This document shows, piece by piece, positions 47,175-56,913 of a stretch of 64,000 nucleotides of DNA. Origin of the DNA: an uncultured Eubacteriales bacterium (GTDB taxonomy: Bacteria > Bacillota > Clostridia > TANB77 > CAG-508); assembly GCA_949287075.1 (NCBI GenBank), contig CASEEU010000052.1, positions 7,606-71,605 of the forward strand. The letters are read 5' to 3'. A program made the translations under genes and the position numbers. Numbering within the stretch: position 1 is the first letter of the stretch; every line of letters begins with the position of its first letter. The notes under the pieces are model-generated. The model saw only the letters and a list, made by a program, of their open reading frames with translations. It searched no databases and was not told the origin of the DNA.

Positions 47175-47356
47175 CTAAAATATCCTTTCAAAATTTAAAA
47201 TCATACATATATATTATCCTACAAAATGGCTAAAAAAACAAGAGTTTTAGGCAAATTTATTTAATTTTTAGTAGTTCTGAACGTCATAAACTTTAGTTAG
47301 TATAAAAATTAGAAAATTGAATATACTATTATGAAAAAAGGGATGGGAGGAAAGTT

Positions 47357-47641
47357 ATGGAAAATGGATATATGAAAGAGTATGAAATAGAAAGTTTGGA
47401 GGAAAAAGAAAGAGAGGTTGAACTTATTAAAAATATTATAAAAACAAGGAGAGAACTAAAAAATGTAGATAGGAATTTTGAATATGCACAAGATGATTTA
47501 GTAGATTATTATATCTATGAAATGAAAGCCAATCAAGCAAAATTAAATCATTTAATTAAAATGGCAAAATTGAAAGGGATTACTGTAGATATGATTAATG
47601 ATATAAAATATAGACTTTCTAGTGATGAAGAAGTAGGATAG
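47357..47641 (+). CDS. Small coiled-coil protein, YaaL/DUF2508-like
   Basis: The sequence includes FEYAQDDLVDYYIYEMKANQAKLNHLIKMAK. The position next to bofA matches the B. subtilis yaaL-bofA neighbourhood as I recall it. Confidence 0.45.
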   Translation: MENGYMKEYEIESLEEKEREVELIKNIIKTRRELKNVDRNFEYAQDDLVDYYIYEMKANQAKLNHLIKMAKLKGITVDMINDIKYRLSSDEEVG

Positions 47642-47710
47642 GTCTATTTGTCCAATGGATAGCATAATAATGAGTAAGAGGTATATATGTTATCAAATTG
47701 GAGGTAGAAG

Positions 47711-47971
47711 ATGGATTTAAATATTATTACATATTTAGCCTGTATCTGTTTTATATTTATCATTGGGAGAATTTTTATTGTTCCGCTAAAAAAAATATTA
47801 AAACTAATTATTAATTCAATATTTGGTGGGCTTGTTATATATGTGATTAATTTAATAGGTGCTAATTTTGGATTTCATATAGGATTAAATATTGTCAATA
47901 GCATTATCATAGGATTACTAGGATTGCCTGGAGCGGTGTGCTTAATTATTGTAAAATTATTGATAGGATGA
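47711..47971 (+). CDS. bofA: Pro-sigma-K processing inhibitor BofA
   Basis: It is an 86-aa protein with two TM segments. It ends IFGGLVIYVINLIG..FGFHIGLNIVNSIIIGLLGLPGAVCLIIVKLL. Confidence 0.7.
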   Translation: MDLNIITYLACICFIFIIGRIFIVPLKKILKLIINSIFGGLVIYVINLIGANFGFHIGLNIVNSIIIGLLGLPGAVCLIIVKLLIG

Positions 47972-47990
47972 ATAAAAGAAAACACAAAAA

Positions 47991-48020
47991 TAGCCAAGTC
48001 AAAATCTTTTGACCTGGCTA
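47991..48020. terminator. Bidirectional terminator
   Basis: tagccaagtcaaaa pairs with ttttgacctggcta with one mismatch. Confidence 0.7.
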
Positions 48021-48031
48021 AAAGCAATCTA

Positions 48032-49873
48032 TTATTCTACTGTAACAGATTTTGCTAAGTTTCTTGGTTTATCAACATCTAATCCTTTTTCCTTTGAAAT
48101 ATAGTATGATAATAATTGCAAAGGAATAATTGATAAGATTGGTGAGATATATGTGTTAGTTTCAGGAATTTCTAACACTGTATCAAACATAGAATTATCA
48201 ATCTTTTGATTGGTGATAATCAATGTTTTCGCTCCACGAGTAATCACTTCTTGAAGATTGCTAACCGTTTTTTCAACCAAAGTAGGTTCTGTCATAATTC
48301 CTACAACGGTTACATCTTTTTCGATTAAAGCGATTGGTCCATGTTTTAATTCACCAGCTGCATAACTTTCTGAATGAATATATGAAATTTCCTTTAATTT
48401 TAAAGACCCCTCTTTAGCAACAGTTTCATCTATTCCTCTACCAATAAAGAATATATCTTTTTCTTGATAAATTCTTTTTGAGAATTGTTTAACGACATCT
48501 TCTAATTTTAAGCATTCTTCTATTTTTCTTGGTAAGTCTAAAATTTCTTTTTTTAATTCATATAATATTTGAGAATTTTTTTCTAATATTTCTGCAAAAT
48601 AAATAGCTAATATAACAATTAAAACAACTTGTGAAGTATATGCTTTTGTAGAAGCAACTGCAATTTCTGGTCCTGCATGTGTATATATAGAATAATCTGC
48701 TTCTCTTGTAATGGAACTTCCAATAACATTAGAAATAGCAAGTGTTTTTGCACCTTTTTCTTTTGACAATTTTAATGCAGCAATTGTGTCAGCTGTTTCT
48801 CCTGATTGAGAAATAAAGATGCATAAGGTTTTGTCATCAATTAATGGATCTCTATATCTAAATTCAGAAGCAATATCTACTTCAGTAGGAATTCTACAAA
48901 GCTTTTCGATAATATTTTTTCCTGCTAATCCAGCATGCATAGCTGTACCGCAAGCAACAATATAAATTTTATTTAAACTTGATAAATACTCTTTTGTGAA
49001 TTTCAATTCATCAAATTCACATTTTGAGTTTTGACTAAACTTAGCACCAATTGTTTCACGAATGGCGGTTGGCTGTTCATGAATTTCTTTTAACATGAAA
49101 TCTTCATAACCATTTTTTTCACTGCTAGCAGCATTCCATTCAATACTTTGAGTTTTTTTATCTATTTTATTTAAATCTTTATCATAAAATTCAGCAGAAT
49201 CTCTTGATAAAAATACATATTCAAAATCATTTAAAAGATAGAAGTTTCTAGTAAATGATAAAATTGCTGGTATGTCTGAAGAAATATAGTTTTCATCAAC
49301 ACCTTTTCCAATAACTAAAGGACTATCTTTTCTAACAACAATCATATTATCAGGAAAGTCTTTACAAATAATTTCTAAAGCGAAACTTCCTTTTAAATCA
49401 GAACAAGCATTTCTAACAGCAGTTAAAAATTTCATTTTTCCTGTTTCTTCGGTTTCTTTTGTATAATAGTAATGAATTAAATTTGGAACAATTTCTGTAT
49501 CTGTATCAGAATAGAATTTATATCCATTATCCATTAAAAATTTTCTTAATTCATTATAATTTTCAACTATACCATTATGAACAACACTAAATGACTTTGT
49601 ATTATCTTGATGAGGGTGAGCATTTTCTTTAGAAGGTTTTCCGTGTGTTGCCCATCTAGTATGTGCAATACCAATAGTACCTTTTAAATCATCAATACCT
49701 TTTATATTGTATAAATTTTTTACTCTTCCTTTATTTTTCATAACAACTAAACCTTCTGGTTCAATTGTTGAAATACCTGCAGAGTCATAACCTCTGTATT
49801 CCAATCTTAAAAGTCCATTGATTAAAATTGGACTTGCTTTTTGTTTTCCTATATAACCTACAATTCCACACAT
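48032..49873 (-). CDS. glmS: Glutamine--fructose-6-phosphate aminotransferase
   Basis: The start is chosen at MCGIVGYIG, where the N-terminal Cys is the nucleophile, preceded by the SD ggagg. Two SIS domains are present. The C-terminus is ...KPRNLAKSVTVE. Confidence 0.95.
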   Translation of the reverse strand: MCGIVGYIGKQKASPILINGLLRLEYRGYDSAGISTIEPEGLVVMKNKGRVKNLYNIKGIDDLKGTIGIAHTRWATHGKPSKENAHPHQDNTKSFSVVHNGIVENYNELRKFLMDNGYKFYSDTDTEIVPNLIHYYYTKETEETGKMKFLTAVRNACSDLKGSFALEIICKDFPDNMIVVRKDSPLVIGKGVDENYISSDIPAILSFTRNFYLLNDFEYVFLSRDSAEFYDKDLNKIDKKTQSIEWNAASSEKNGYEDFMLKEIHEQPTAIRETIGAKFSQNSKCEFDELKFTKEYLSSLNKIYIVACGTAMHAGLAGKNIIEKLCRIPTEVDIASEFRYRDPLIDDKTLCIFISQSGETADTIAALKLSKEKGAKTLAISNVIGSSITREADYSIYTHAGPEIAVASTKAYTSQVVLIVILAIYFAEILEKNSQILYELKKEILDLPRKIEECLKLEDVVKQFSKRIYQEKDIFFIGRGIDETVAKEGSLKLKEISYIHSESYAAGELKHGPIALIEKDVTVVGIMTEPTLVEKTVSNLQEVITRGAKTLIITNQKIDNSMFDTVLEIPETNTYISPILSIIPLQLLSYYISKEKGLDVDKPRNLAKSVTVE

Positions 49874-49954
49874 AATATAAATCCTCCATTCATGCAATCT
49901 ATAAATTGCTAATATAATTTTTGTTTATAAATATATCTCTAACTTAATAAATGA

Positions 49955-50133
49955 AAGAGATTGTTTGGAATTAAAGGTATGCAAATAAAACTTATTTATA
50001 TTGATCTTTGTTACAATATTACTACTGCTTTTTCATCAATACTTATGACCATAAGTGAAAGCCATCAGAGCATCCGCCGAATCTTTCGATAACTCTGAAC
50101 CTCGTCAACACGATAAACTGTGTCCAGGCGCTA
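49955..50133 (-). ncRNA. glmS ribozyme (GlcN6P-dependent self-cleaving riboswitch) in the glmS leader
   Basis: The minus strand reads AGCGCCUGGACACAGUUUAUCGUGUUGACGAGGUUCAGAGUUAUCGAAAGAUUCGGCGGAUGCUCUGAUGG.... The conserved cores A/GCGCC, GACGAGG and AUCGAA..UUCGGCGGAUGC are present and in the correct order. The 3' boundary is approximate. Confidence 0.85.
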
Positions 50134-50334
50134 TATATAAATGTAATACTGTCCTCCTTTCTCAAAAATTTCTTGCATACTTTTAATTTACTGCTATTAT
50201 ATTACACTAAATAAAAAAAATACGCAAGTCCTAGTTAAAAAATTTTATTTTCTTAAAATTCAAATAAAAATTATCGACTATAAAATTGTTCAAATTTTAA
50301 AAAATAGTGAAATTAGGAAAAATTTATAAAAAGA

Positions 50335-50363
50335 TTGAAAATACAAGTAAAATCATGTATAAT
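50335..50363 (+). promoter_or_regulatory. Sigma-A-like promoter with an extended -10
   Basis: TTGAAA lies at 50335..50340, followed by a 17-nt spacer and tg-TATAAT at 50356..50363. Confidence 0.6.
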
Positions 50364-50451
50364 ACAGGTATTATAAGTATTCGGAATGGGATATACATAA
50401 AAGGGAATAGGTAACCTAGAAAAGCCTAAATATAAAATAAGGGGAATAAAA

Positions 50452-50970
50452 ATGAATGTATTAATTAATGAAACAAGAATTGAAAAAAGATTAGACGAAA
50501 TGGCAAAAGAAATAGATAAAGACTACGAAGGAAGAGAAATTATTTTAATTGGTATCTTAAAGGGTTCAGTTGTCTTTATGGTAGAATTAGCCAAAAGACT
50601 AAAAACAAAAGTACAATTTGAATTTATAGAAGTATCTAGCTATGAAGGAACAGAAAGCACAGGAAAAGTAAAAATTGTAAAAGATATCAAAAATAGTATT
50701 GAAGGAAAAGATGTATTAATTGTAGAAGATATTATAGATACAGGAACAACTTTAGCATTTTTAAAAGATTACTTCCAATTAAAAAAACCAAATAGTTTAA
50801 AGATTGCAACTTTACTTAGCAAACCATCAAGAAGAACCAAAGAACTAGAAGTAGAATATATTGGATTTAGAATAGAAGACAAATTTGTAGTAGGATATGG
50901 TTTAGACTATAACCAAAACTATAGAAATTTACCATATATTGGTTATGTAGAAAGTGCAGATGAATTTTAA
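50452..50970 (+). CDS. hpt: Hypoxanthine-guanine phosphoribosyltransferase
   Basis: The PRPP-binding motif is VLIVEDIIDTGTTL. GYGLDY is also present. Confidence 0.9.
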   Translation: MNVLINETRIEKRLDEMAKEIDKDYEGREIILIGILKGSVVFMVELAKRLKTKVQFEFIEVSSYEGTESTGKVKIVKDIKNSIEGKDVLIVEDIIDTGTTLAFLKDYFQLKKPNSLKIATLLSKPSRRTKELEVEYIGFRIEDKFVVGYGLDYNQNYRNLPYIGYVESADEF

Positions 50971-50973
50971 AAA

Positions 50974-52833
50974 ATGTTTGATATAGAAGAGGAATTAAAA
51001 AAATTACCAGGAAAACCTGGTGTATATATTATGCATGATAAAGATGATAATATTATCTATGTTGGAAAAGCGGTTTCTTTAAAAAATAGAGTAAGACAAT
51101 ATTTCAGAAAAACGAATAAAACTGCTAGAATTGAAAAAATGGTTTCTTTGATTGATTATTTTGAATATATTGTTGTAGATAATGAGGCAGAGGCTTTAAT
51201 CCTAGAATGTAATTTAATCAAAAAGAATAGACCCAAATTTAATGTATTATTGAAAGATGATAAAACCTATCCCTATATAAAAATTGATGTAAAATCAGAA
51301 TATCCAGGTGTCTATTATACAAGAAGAGTGATAAATGATGGTTCAAAATATTTTGGACCATATGCCAATCCAGGTGCAGCAAAAGAAATGTTAGATTTTA
51401 TTAAAGAAAGATATAAAATCCATCAATGTAGAACATTAAAAGAAAGAACTAGACCTTGTTTAAATTATCATATAGGTAGATGTTTGGCACCATGTATGGG
51501 AAATGTAGATAAAGAAGAATATCGAAAACAAGTAAATGAAATTATTGATTTATTAGAAGGAAAAACAAATAAAGTTTTGAAAGATTTAGATTTACAAATG
51601 CAAGAAGCAGCACAAAAAATGGAATATGAAAAAGCAGCGTATTTAAGAGATAGAAAACAGGCGATAGAAAGAGCGTCAAGCAAGCAAAAAGTATCTAACA
51701 TATCAGAAAATAGTATTGATGTTATCGGAATTGCAAAATCAGAATTAGAAGTTTGTGTAGAAATCTTTTTTGTAAGAGGAAGTAAAATGATAGGAAGAGA
51801 ACAATACTTCTATAAAGATTTAAAAGATATGGAAGATAAAGAAATTCTTTCAGGATTTATTAAACAATACTATTTTGATAACCCTAATATTCCTAGTAAA
51901 ATTATGATAAGAGAAGAAATCGAAGATAAAGAAGCAATTGAAAGTTGGTTATCCACAGAATTAGGAAAAAAAGTGGAAATCAAATCTCCTAAAAAAGGTG
52001 AAAAATTAAGATTTGTAGAAATGGCAGAAAATAATGCAAGAGTAACATTAGATAATAAAGAAAAAGATAAAAGTGAAATTTTATTAGAATTAAAAGAAGT
52101 TTTAAAAATGAATATACTACCAAGAAAAATAGAAACTTTTGATATATCGAATATATCTGGAGAATATATGGTAGCTGGAATGTGTGTTATGCAAGATGGT
52201 GTTATCAAAAAGAATCTATCTAGAAGGTTTAAAATTAAAACGGTTTATGGACAAGATGATCCAAAATGTATGGAGGAAGTGATTACTAGAAGATTAAGAC
52301 ATTCTATTGAAAATCCAAATGGTGGATTTGGAAAACTTCCTGATGTTATATTTGCAGATGGAGGAATTACGCAAATACGAGCAACGAAACAAGCAATTGA
52401 AAATGTTTTCAACGAAGAAAAAGAAAAGATTATACAAGAAGATATGACAGAGCAAGATAAAAAAGAAAAACTAGACATGATAGAAAAAGAATTAGATATT
52501 AAAGTATTTGGTATGGTTAAAAATGATAAACACCAAACAAGGGCTTTAATGGATGATGATAGAAATGAATTACAGATTTCAGAAAACCTAATGAAACTAA
52601 TTACCAGATTTCAAGATACAGTTCATAATACAGCCATCACATATCACAGAAAATTAAGAGATAAAGAAATTACGAAATCAGAATTAGATGATATTAAAGG
52701 AATTGGTAAAGTCAAAAAACAAGCTTTATTAAAACAGTTTGGAAGTGTAGAAAAAATCAAACAAGCATCCATAGAGGAATTAATGAAAGTGAAAGGGATT
52801 ACAAAAGAATTAGCAGAAAAATTGAAACAATAA
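50974..52833 (+). CDS. uvrC: Excinuclease ABC subunit C
   Basis: The GIY-YIG motif is PGVYIMHDKDDNIIYVGKAVSLKNRVRQYF. A UVR domain and a C-terminal HhH (IKGIGKVKKQALLKQFGS) are present. Confidence 0.95.
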   Translation: MFDIEEELKKLPGKPGVYIMHDKDDNIIYVGKAVSLKNRVRQYFRKTNKTARIEKMVSLIDYFEYIVVDNEAEALILECNLIKKNRPKFNVLLKDDKTYPYIKIDVKSEYPGVYYTRRVINDGSKYFGPYANPGAAKEMLDFIKERYKIHQCRTLKERTRPCLNYHIGRCLAPCMGNVDKEEYRKQVNEIIDLLEGKTNKVLKDLDLQMQEAAQKMEYEKAAYLRDRKQAIERASSKQKVSNISENSIDVIGIAKSELEVCVEIFFVRGSKMIGREQYFYKDLKDMEDKEILSGFIKQYYFDNPNIPSKIMIREEIEDKEAIESWLSTELGKKVEIKSPKKGEKLRFVEMAENNARVTLDNKEKDKSEILLELKEVLKMNILPRKIETFDISNISGEYMVAGMCVMQDGVIKKNLSRRFKIKTVYGQDDPKCMEEVITRRLRHSIENPNGGFGKLPDVIFADGGITQIRATKQAIENVFNEEKEKIIQEDMTEQDKKEKLDMIEKELDIKVFGMVKNDKHQTRALMDDDRNELQISENLMKLITRFQDTVHNTAITYHRKLRDKEITKSELDDIKGIGKVKKQALLKQFGSVEKIKQASIEELMKVKGITKELAEKLKQ

Positions 52834-52859
52834 AAAGAGGGGAGTTAACTCCTCTCTTT
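52834..52859. terminator. Terminator after uvrC
   Basis: The hairpin is aaagagggag-ttaa-ctcctctcttt (one G-U pair). Confidence 0.8.
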
Positions 52860-53015
52860 GGCGTATTTGACACGCCTTTTTTTAATTTGTCCCAAAAGGG
52901 ATAGAGCAGGATAGCCACCGGCTAATTCTGCAGTAATCCTATGTGTCTGAATAATGTGATAAAGGAAGTTTCCTACTATCAGACAAACAGGAATTAGAAC
53001 AAATGCTTTTTTCAT
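52845..53015 (-). CDS. Possible 56-aa membrane peptide in the GC-rich islet
   Basis: The strong SD taggagg lies 6 nt upstream of the ATG. The product is MKKAFVLIPVCLIVGNFLYHIIQTHRITAELAGGYPALSLLGQIKKRRVKYAKERS. A candidate promoter is TTGCTA-17-tga-TATAGT, followed by a leader hairpin. Confidence 0.35.
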   Translation of the reverse strand: MKKAFVLIPVCLIVGNFLYHIIQTHRITAELAGGYPALSLLGQIKKRRVKYAKERS

Positions 53016-53136
53016 AAGATTCCTCCTAAAAAGTAAAAAAAGCCTGAACAGAGAGTCTTCTCTGTATAAGTTCGAAGATACTATATCATAAATTTGATAG
53101 GATAGCAATGATTTAAATATGATAAAGAATTTTAAA

Positions 53137-53177
53137 TAAAAAGCGGTGCCCGATTGGATTTCTCCAAATCGGACACC
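53137..53177 (-). terminator. Rho-independent terminator (minus strand) for the 96-aa membrane protein gene
   Basis: On the minus strand, ggtgtccgattt..aaatcgggcacc forms a GC-rich stem followed by gcuuuuu. Confidence 0.6.
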
Positions 53178-53183
53178 TTAGGC

Positions 53184-53474
53184 TCACTCCTTGCCGTCGT
53201 GGTTTGCAGGCTTATTTGCCAAGTGCCAGAAGATGGCACAAGACGCAAAGGCCAATGCAGCACCAATAGCTCCCGCAATGAGCCAATCTGGTGGGAAGTT
53301 CGCAATAGCGCCCAGGATTGCTCCAGGGATGCTTCCCAATGCGACTCCGATGGCTTTGGCGTTAAGTGCGATCAAGACGATCAACAAAACTACAAAAGCC
53401 AGGAGCGCAAAAATCAGACCGATGCCAACCCCTTTTCCCACCATCCGTGGGAATTTTCTTTTAAGCTTCCTCAT
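53184..53474 (-). CDS. 96-aa Gly/Ala-rich membrane protein encoded in the GC-rich islet (hypothetical)
   Basis: The product is MRKLKRKFPRMVGKGVGIGLIFALLAFVVLLIVLIALNAKAIGVALGSIPGAILGAIANFPPDWLIAGAIGAALAFASCAIFWHLANKPANHDGKE. The SD is gaggag. A candidate promoter is TTGTTT-17-TATAAT, followed by a leader hairpin ttgaggga-aaac-tccctcaa. Confidence 0.55.
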   Translation of the reverse strand: MRKLKRKFPRMVGKGVGIGLIFALLAFVVLLIVLIALNAKAIGVALGSIPGAILGAIANFPPDWLIAGAIGAALAFASCAIFWHLANKPANHDGKE

Positions 53475-53687
53475 AATGTACATACTCCTCTCACTAGGGT
53501 GGTTTTATTGAGGGAGTTTTCCCTCAACTATATATATTATACTACAAAATACCCCAAAAAACAAGTTTTGGCCGTTTTTGAAAATATATATACAAAAAAT
53601 AAGAATTTTCTGAAAAGTTATAAAAAATGAAGTAATAAATTCGAAATGAAGTGAATATTATATTATGAAAAAACAATTGGAGGAGGA

Positions 53688-53885
53688 GTGAAAATGGAAT
53701 ATACAGAAAAAGGTTTATTAAATTTAGCATTAAAAAGGACAAGTAATGAAGGAAAGGAAAAAAAGTTTAGAAAAAAATTTAATGAACACAAATGGATTCG
53801 TATGATTGTAGTATCATTGATTATATTAGCTAGTATCAATATAGTGATGATATATAATTTCTTTAAAATTTTAGAAAACATTTGA
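53688..53885 (+). CDS. Small single-TM protein (hypothetical)
   Basis: The SD ggaggagg precedes GTG 53688 / ATG 53694. The C-terminal TM is WIRMIVVSLIILASINIVMIY. Confidence 0.35.
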   Translation: MKMEYTEKGLLNLALKRTSNEGKEKKFRKKFNEHKWIRMIVVSLIILASINIVMIYNFFKILENI

Positions 53886-53935
53886 ATTTATGAAAAAAAG
53901 GAAGTATAATATGTAACAAGAAAGGAGCTAGAAAT

Positions 53936-54139
53936 ATGAGTATAAAATATAATGTTATGATACAAAAAGAAGAAGAATGGTATGTAGCAAAATGTTTAGA
54001 CAATAATGTTGCATCGCAAGGAAAAACAATAGAAGAAGCATTAAAAAATTTAAAAGAAGCATTAGAATTATATTTGCAAAATGAAGAAATTGTACAACCT
54101 AAAGAAACATATTTAACAACATTGGAGGTGGCTATATGA
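53936..54139 (+). CDS. hicB: HicB-family antitoxin (short form)
   Basis: The sequence is YNVMIQKEEEWYVAKCLDNNVASQGKTIEEALKNLKEALELYL. It overlaps the next gene by 4 nt. Confidence 0.75.
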   Translation: MSIKYNVMIQKEEEWYVAKCLDNNVASQGKTIEEALKNLKEALELYLQNEEIVQPKETYLTTLEVAI

Positions 54140-54366
54140 GTTCTAAATACCCAATACTACCTCCAGAAAAAATTATTAAGGTGATGAAAAAGCTAGGATT
54201 TAATAAAATATCACAGAAAGGAAGTCATGCTAAATACATAAATGAAAAAACTGGAAAGATATTTATTATTCCAATGCATTATGAAATTGCAAGAGGAACT
54301 TTAAAAAGCATCTTAGAACAAGCAGATATAGAATTAGAAGAATTTTTGAAATATTTAAAATCATAA
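54136..54366 (+). CDS. hicA: HicA-family toxin
   Basis: The sequence is KIIKVMKKLGFNKISQKGSHAKYINEKTGKIFIIPMHYEIARGTLKSILEQA. Confidence 0.8.
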   Translation: MSSKYPILPPEKIIKVMKKLGFNKISQKGSHAKYINEKTGKIFIIPMHYEIARGTLKSILEQADIELEEFLKYLKS

Positions 54367-54454
54367 AATTTTTAAATCATCAAATACCCTTGGAAAAATG
54401 AAAAAAATATGGTAAAATATAGCTATTCTAATAATAGGAGGAAGAGTAGTTTAT

Positions 54455-55342
54455 TTGTGCTACTTGAAAAGAATTATGAAAATAGCAAATGAATGGAAAG
54501 ATTATAAAATATTAGATATGGCAGATGGACAAAAATTAGAAAAATGGGGAAATGTGATTTTATCTAGACCAGACCCACAAATTATTTGGAAAAATAAAAG
54601 CTTCCCCAATAAATGGAAAGAAATGAATGCTGTATATAATAGGAGTAAAACAGGAGGAGGTTCATGGGAGTTTAAGAAAAAAGTGCCTTCTCAATGGCAA
54701 ATAAAATACAAAAATTTAATATTTAATATAAAACCAATGGGATTTAAGCATACAGGATTATTTCCAGAGCAAGCAGTGAATTGGGATTGGATGATACAAA
54801 AAATTGAAAGTGAAAAAAGACCAATAAAAGTATTAAATTTATTTGCTTATACTGGAGGAGCAACTGTTGCATGTTTGTCAGCAGGGGCATCAGTATGTCA
54901 TGTGGATAGTTCAAAAGGAATGACTACTTGGGCAAAAGAAAATGTAACATCTTCAAAATTGCAAGATAGGCCAGTTCGATTTATTGTAGATGATGTTGTG
55001 AAATTTGTAAATCGAGAAATTAGAAGAGGAAATACCTATGATGCTATTATTATGGATCCACCTTCATATGGTAGAGGTGCTAAAGGAGAAGTATGGCAAT
55101 TTGAAAATAATATCTATGATTTAGTGGAATTATGTACCAAGGTATTATCAGACAAGCCTTTATTTTTCTTGATTAATTCGTATACAACAGGGATATCAAG
55201 TAAAGTGTTAGAGGATATTTTACATTTAACTGTATCAAAAAAATATAAAGGAAAAATAGAATCTGGAGAAATAGGACTACCTATGGAAAATTCTAAGTTG
55301 GTCCTACCATGTGGAATTTATGGAAGATGGGAAAATTTGTAA
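54455..55342 (+). CDS. Class I SAM-dependent (rRNA) methyltransferase, PF10672-like
   Basis: The motifs are VLNLFAYTGGATVACLSAGA.VCHVDSSK and YDAIIMDPPSYGRG. The start is uncertain, either TTG 54455 or ATG 54476. Confidence 0.75.
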   Translation: MCYLKRIMKIANEWKDYKILDMADGQKLEKWGNVILSRPDPQIIWKNKSFPNKWKEMNAVYNRSKTGGGSWEFKKKVPSQWQIKYKNLIFNIKPMGFKHTGLFPEQAVNWDWMIQKIESEKRPIKVLNLFAYTGGATVACLSAGASVCHVDSSKGMTTWAKENVTSSKLQDRPVRFIVDDVVKFVNREIRRGNTYDAIIMDPPSYGRGAKGEVWQFENNIYDLVELCTKVLSDKPLFFLINSYTTGISSKVLEDILHLTVSKKYKGKIESGEIGLPMENSKLVLPCGIYGRWENL

Positions 55343-55372
55343 AAGAAAAAATAGAAATGGAAAAGGATTAAA

Positions 55373-56074
55373 ATGGAAAAATTAAAAGTCATATATGAAG
55401 ATAATCACATAATTGTTGTTGAAAAAACACCTAATATTCCTTCACAATCTGATAAAACAGGAGATATGGATATGCTAACACTGGTTAAGGAATATATTAA
55501 AGAGAAATATAATAAACCAGGAAATGTGTATTTGGGATTAGTGCATAGATTAGATAGGCCTGTTGGCGGAGTGATGGTATTTGCAAAAACATCAAAAGCA
55601 GCTTCAAGATTAAGTAATCAGGTAAGAGAAAAAGTTTTTAAAAAAGAATATCTAGCAGTGGTTGATGGAAAGATTGAAAATACAAAAGGAACTTTGATTG
55701 ATTATTTATATAAAGATGAAAGAAACAACATGAGTAAAGTAGTTCATAAAGAAAAGAAAAATGCAAAAGAAGCGAAGCTGGATTATGAAGTGTTAAAATA
55801 TAATGAAGTAAAAGATTTATCTTTAATCAAAATCAATTTACATACAGGCAGACATCATCAAATTCGTGTACAATTATCTTATTTCGGACATAGTATATTT
55901 GGAGATCAGAAGTATGGAACTAGAGGAAAAGGAAAACAAATTGCCTTATGGGCATATAAACTTACAATTGAACATCCAATAACAAAAGAGAAAATGGAAT
56001 TTAAGGATTTACCAGAACCAATGGGAACATGGTGTATATTAAAAAATGAACAGAATATGATAGAAGAAATATAG
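55373..56074 (+). CDS. RluA-family pseudouridine synthase
   Basis: The motifs are HRLDRPVGGVMVFAKT and GRHHQIRVQL. Confidence 0.85.
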   Translation: MEKLKVIYEDNHIIVVEKTPNIPSQSDKTGDMDMLTLVKEYIKEKYNKPGNVYLGLVHRLDRPVGGVMVFAKTSKAASRLSNQVREKVFKKEYLAVVDGKIENTKGTLIDYLYKDERNNMSKVVHKEKKNAKEAKLDYEVLKYNEVKDLSLIKINLHTGRHHQIRVQLSYFGHSIFGDQKYGTRGKGKQIALWAYKLTIEHPITKEKMEFKDLPEPMGTWCILKNEQNMIEEI

Positions 56075-56102
56075 TTGAAAATAAAGTTCAACTATATTTT
56101 TT
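56071..56102 (+). terminator. Rho-independent terminator
   Basis: The hairpin is atagttgaa-aataaag-ttcaactat followed by a T run. Confidence 0.8.
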
Positions 56103-56235
56103 ATATTATTTAGAATTATTTTATAAAATAAATATAAAGAAATTTTTGTAAAATAAAATGAATGTTTCACAAAATAAAACACATTTACAAATCATAAGAG
56201 TGCTACAATCGAATTGGCAAGAAGAGGTGAAGAAA

Positions 56236-56853
56236 ATGGTAGATACAATCTGCACATTCTTGACAAATAGAATAAGAAAAGAAATGCCAGAAATAGATGA
56301 TGAAAAGGCAGAAGTAATCAATTATGGACTACAAAATATAGTAGGAGAAATACCCAAAATATTCTTATTATTTATCATTTCATATATTCTGGGAATGTTT
56401 AAAGAAGTATTATTTATGTTTATAGTACTACTTCCTTATAGAGGAGCATCTGGAGGTTTTCACCTAAAAACACATTTAGGATGCATACTAGGAACAACTG
56501 TATTCTATTGTGGAAATGTATTTCTTTCACAACATATTATGCTAGATGATATAACAAAATATATTTTGATAGGAATTGCTTGGATATTTGGAATGTTTAT
56601 GATAAAGCTTTATGCACCAGCTGATACGGAAAATGTTCCTATATTATCTAAAAAAGAGAGAAAAAATAAACAAATGATAGCATATATTACATATTCAATA
56701 GGTCTTACAGCTGCTTTATTTGTGCAAGATAATGTAATTTCGAACATATTACTATTTGGTAATTTTTTACAAACTTTGACAATAACAAAATTGGCATATA
56801 GATTAACAAAAAATAAATATGGATATGAAGTGTATGGAGATGCTTCAGTTTAA
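56236..56853 (+). CDS. agrB: Accessory gene regulator B (AgrD-processing membrane peptidase)
   Basis: The SD gaggtg precedes ATG 56236. The motif is YRGASGGFHLKTHLGC, with His and Cys 7 residues apart as in S. aureus AgrB. The protein is polytopic. Confidence 0.85.
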   Translation: MVDTICTFLTNRIRKEMPEIDDEKAEVINYGLQNIVGEIPKIFLLFIISYILGMFKEVLFMFIVLLPYRGASGGFHLKTHLGCILGTTVFYCGNVFLSQHIMLDDITKYILIGIAWIFGMFMIKLYAPADTENVPILSKKERKNKQMIAYITYSIGLTAALFVQDNVISNILLFGNFLQTLTITKLAYRLTKNKYGYEVYGDASV

Positions 56854-56913
56854 CAAAGTTAAAAAACATATACCGGTGTGTTTTTAAAAATATATAATAA
56901 GGGGGAATCTATT

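Noticed and set aside
50364-50451. Possible purine riboswitch in the hpt leader
   Set aside because: The roughly 85-nt leader lacks the conserved purine-riboswitch elements that I recall (UAUA..GGAUAUGG..GUUUCUACC..CCGUAAA..ACUA).
53154-53630. Plus-strand ORFs of 158 aa and 106 aa (53154..53630 and 53191..53511) in the GC-rich islet
   Set aside because: Long open frames are expected on both strands of GC-rich DNA. The plus-strand products are not protein-like. The minus-strand frame gives a coherent membrane protein with an SD, a promoter and a terminator.
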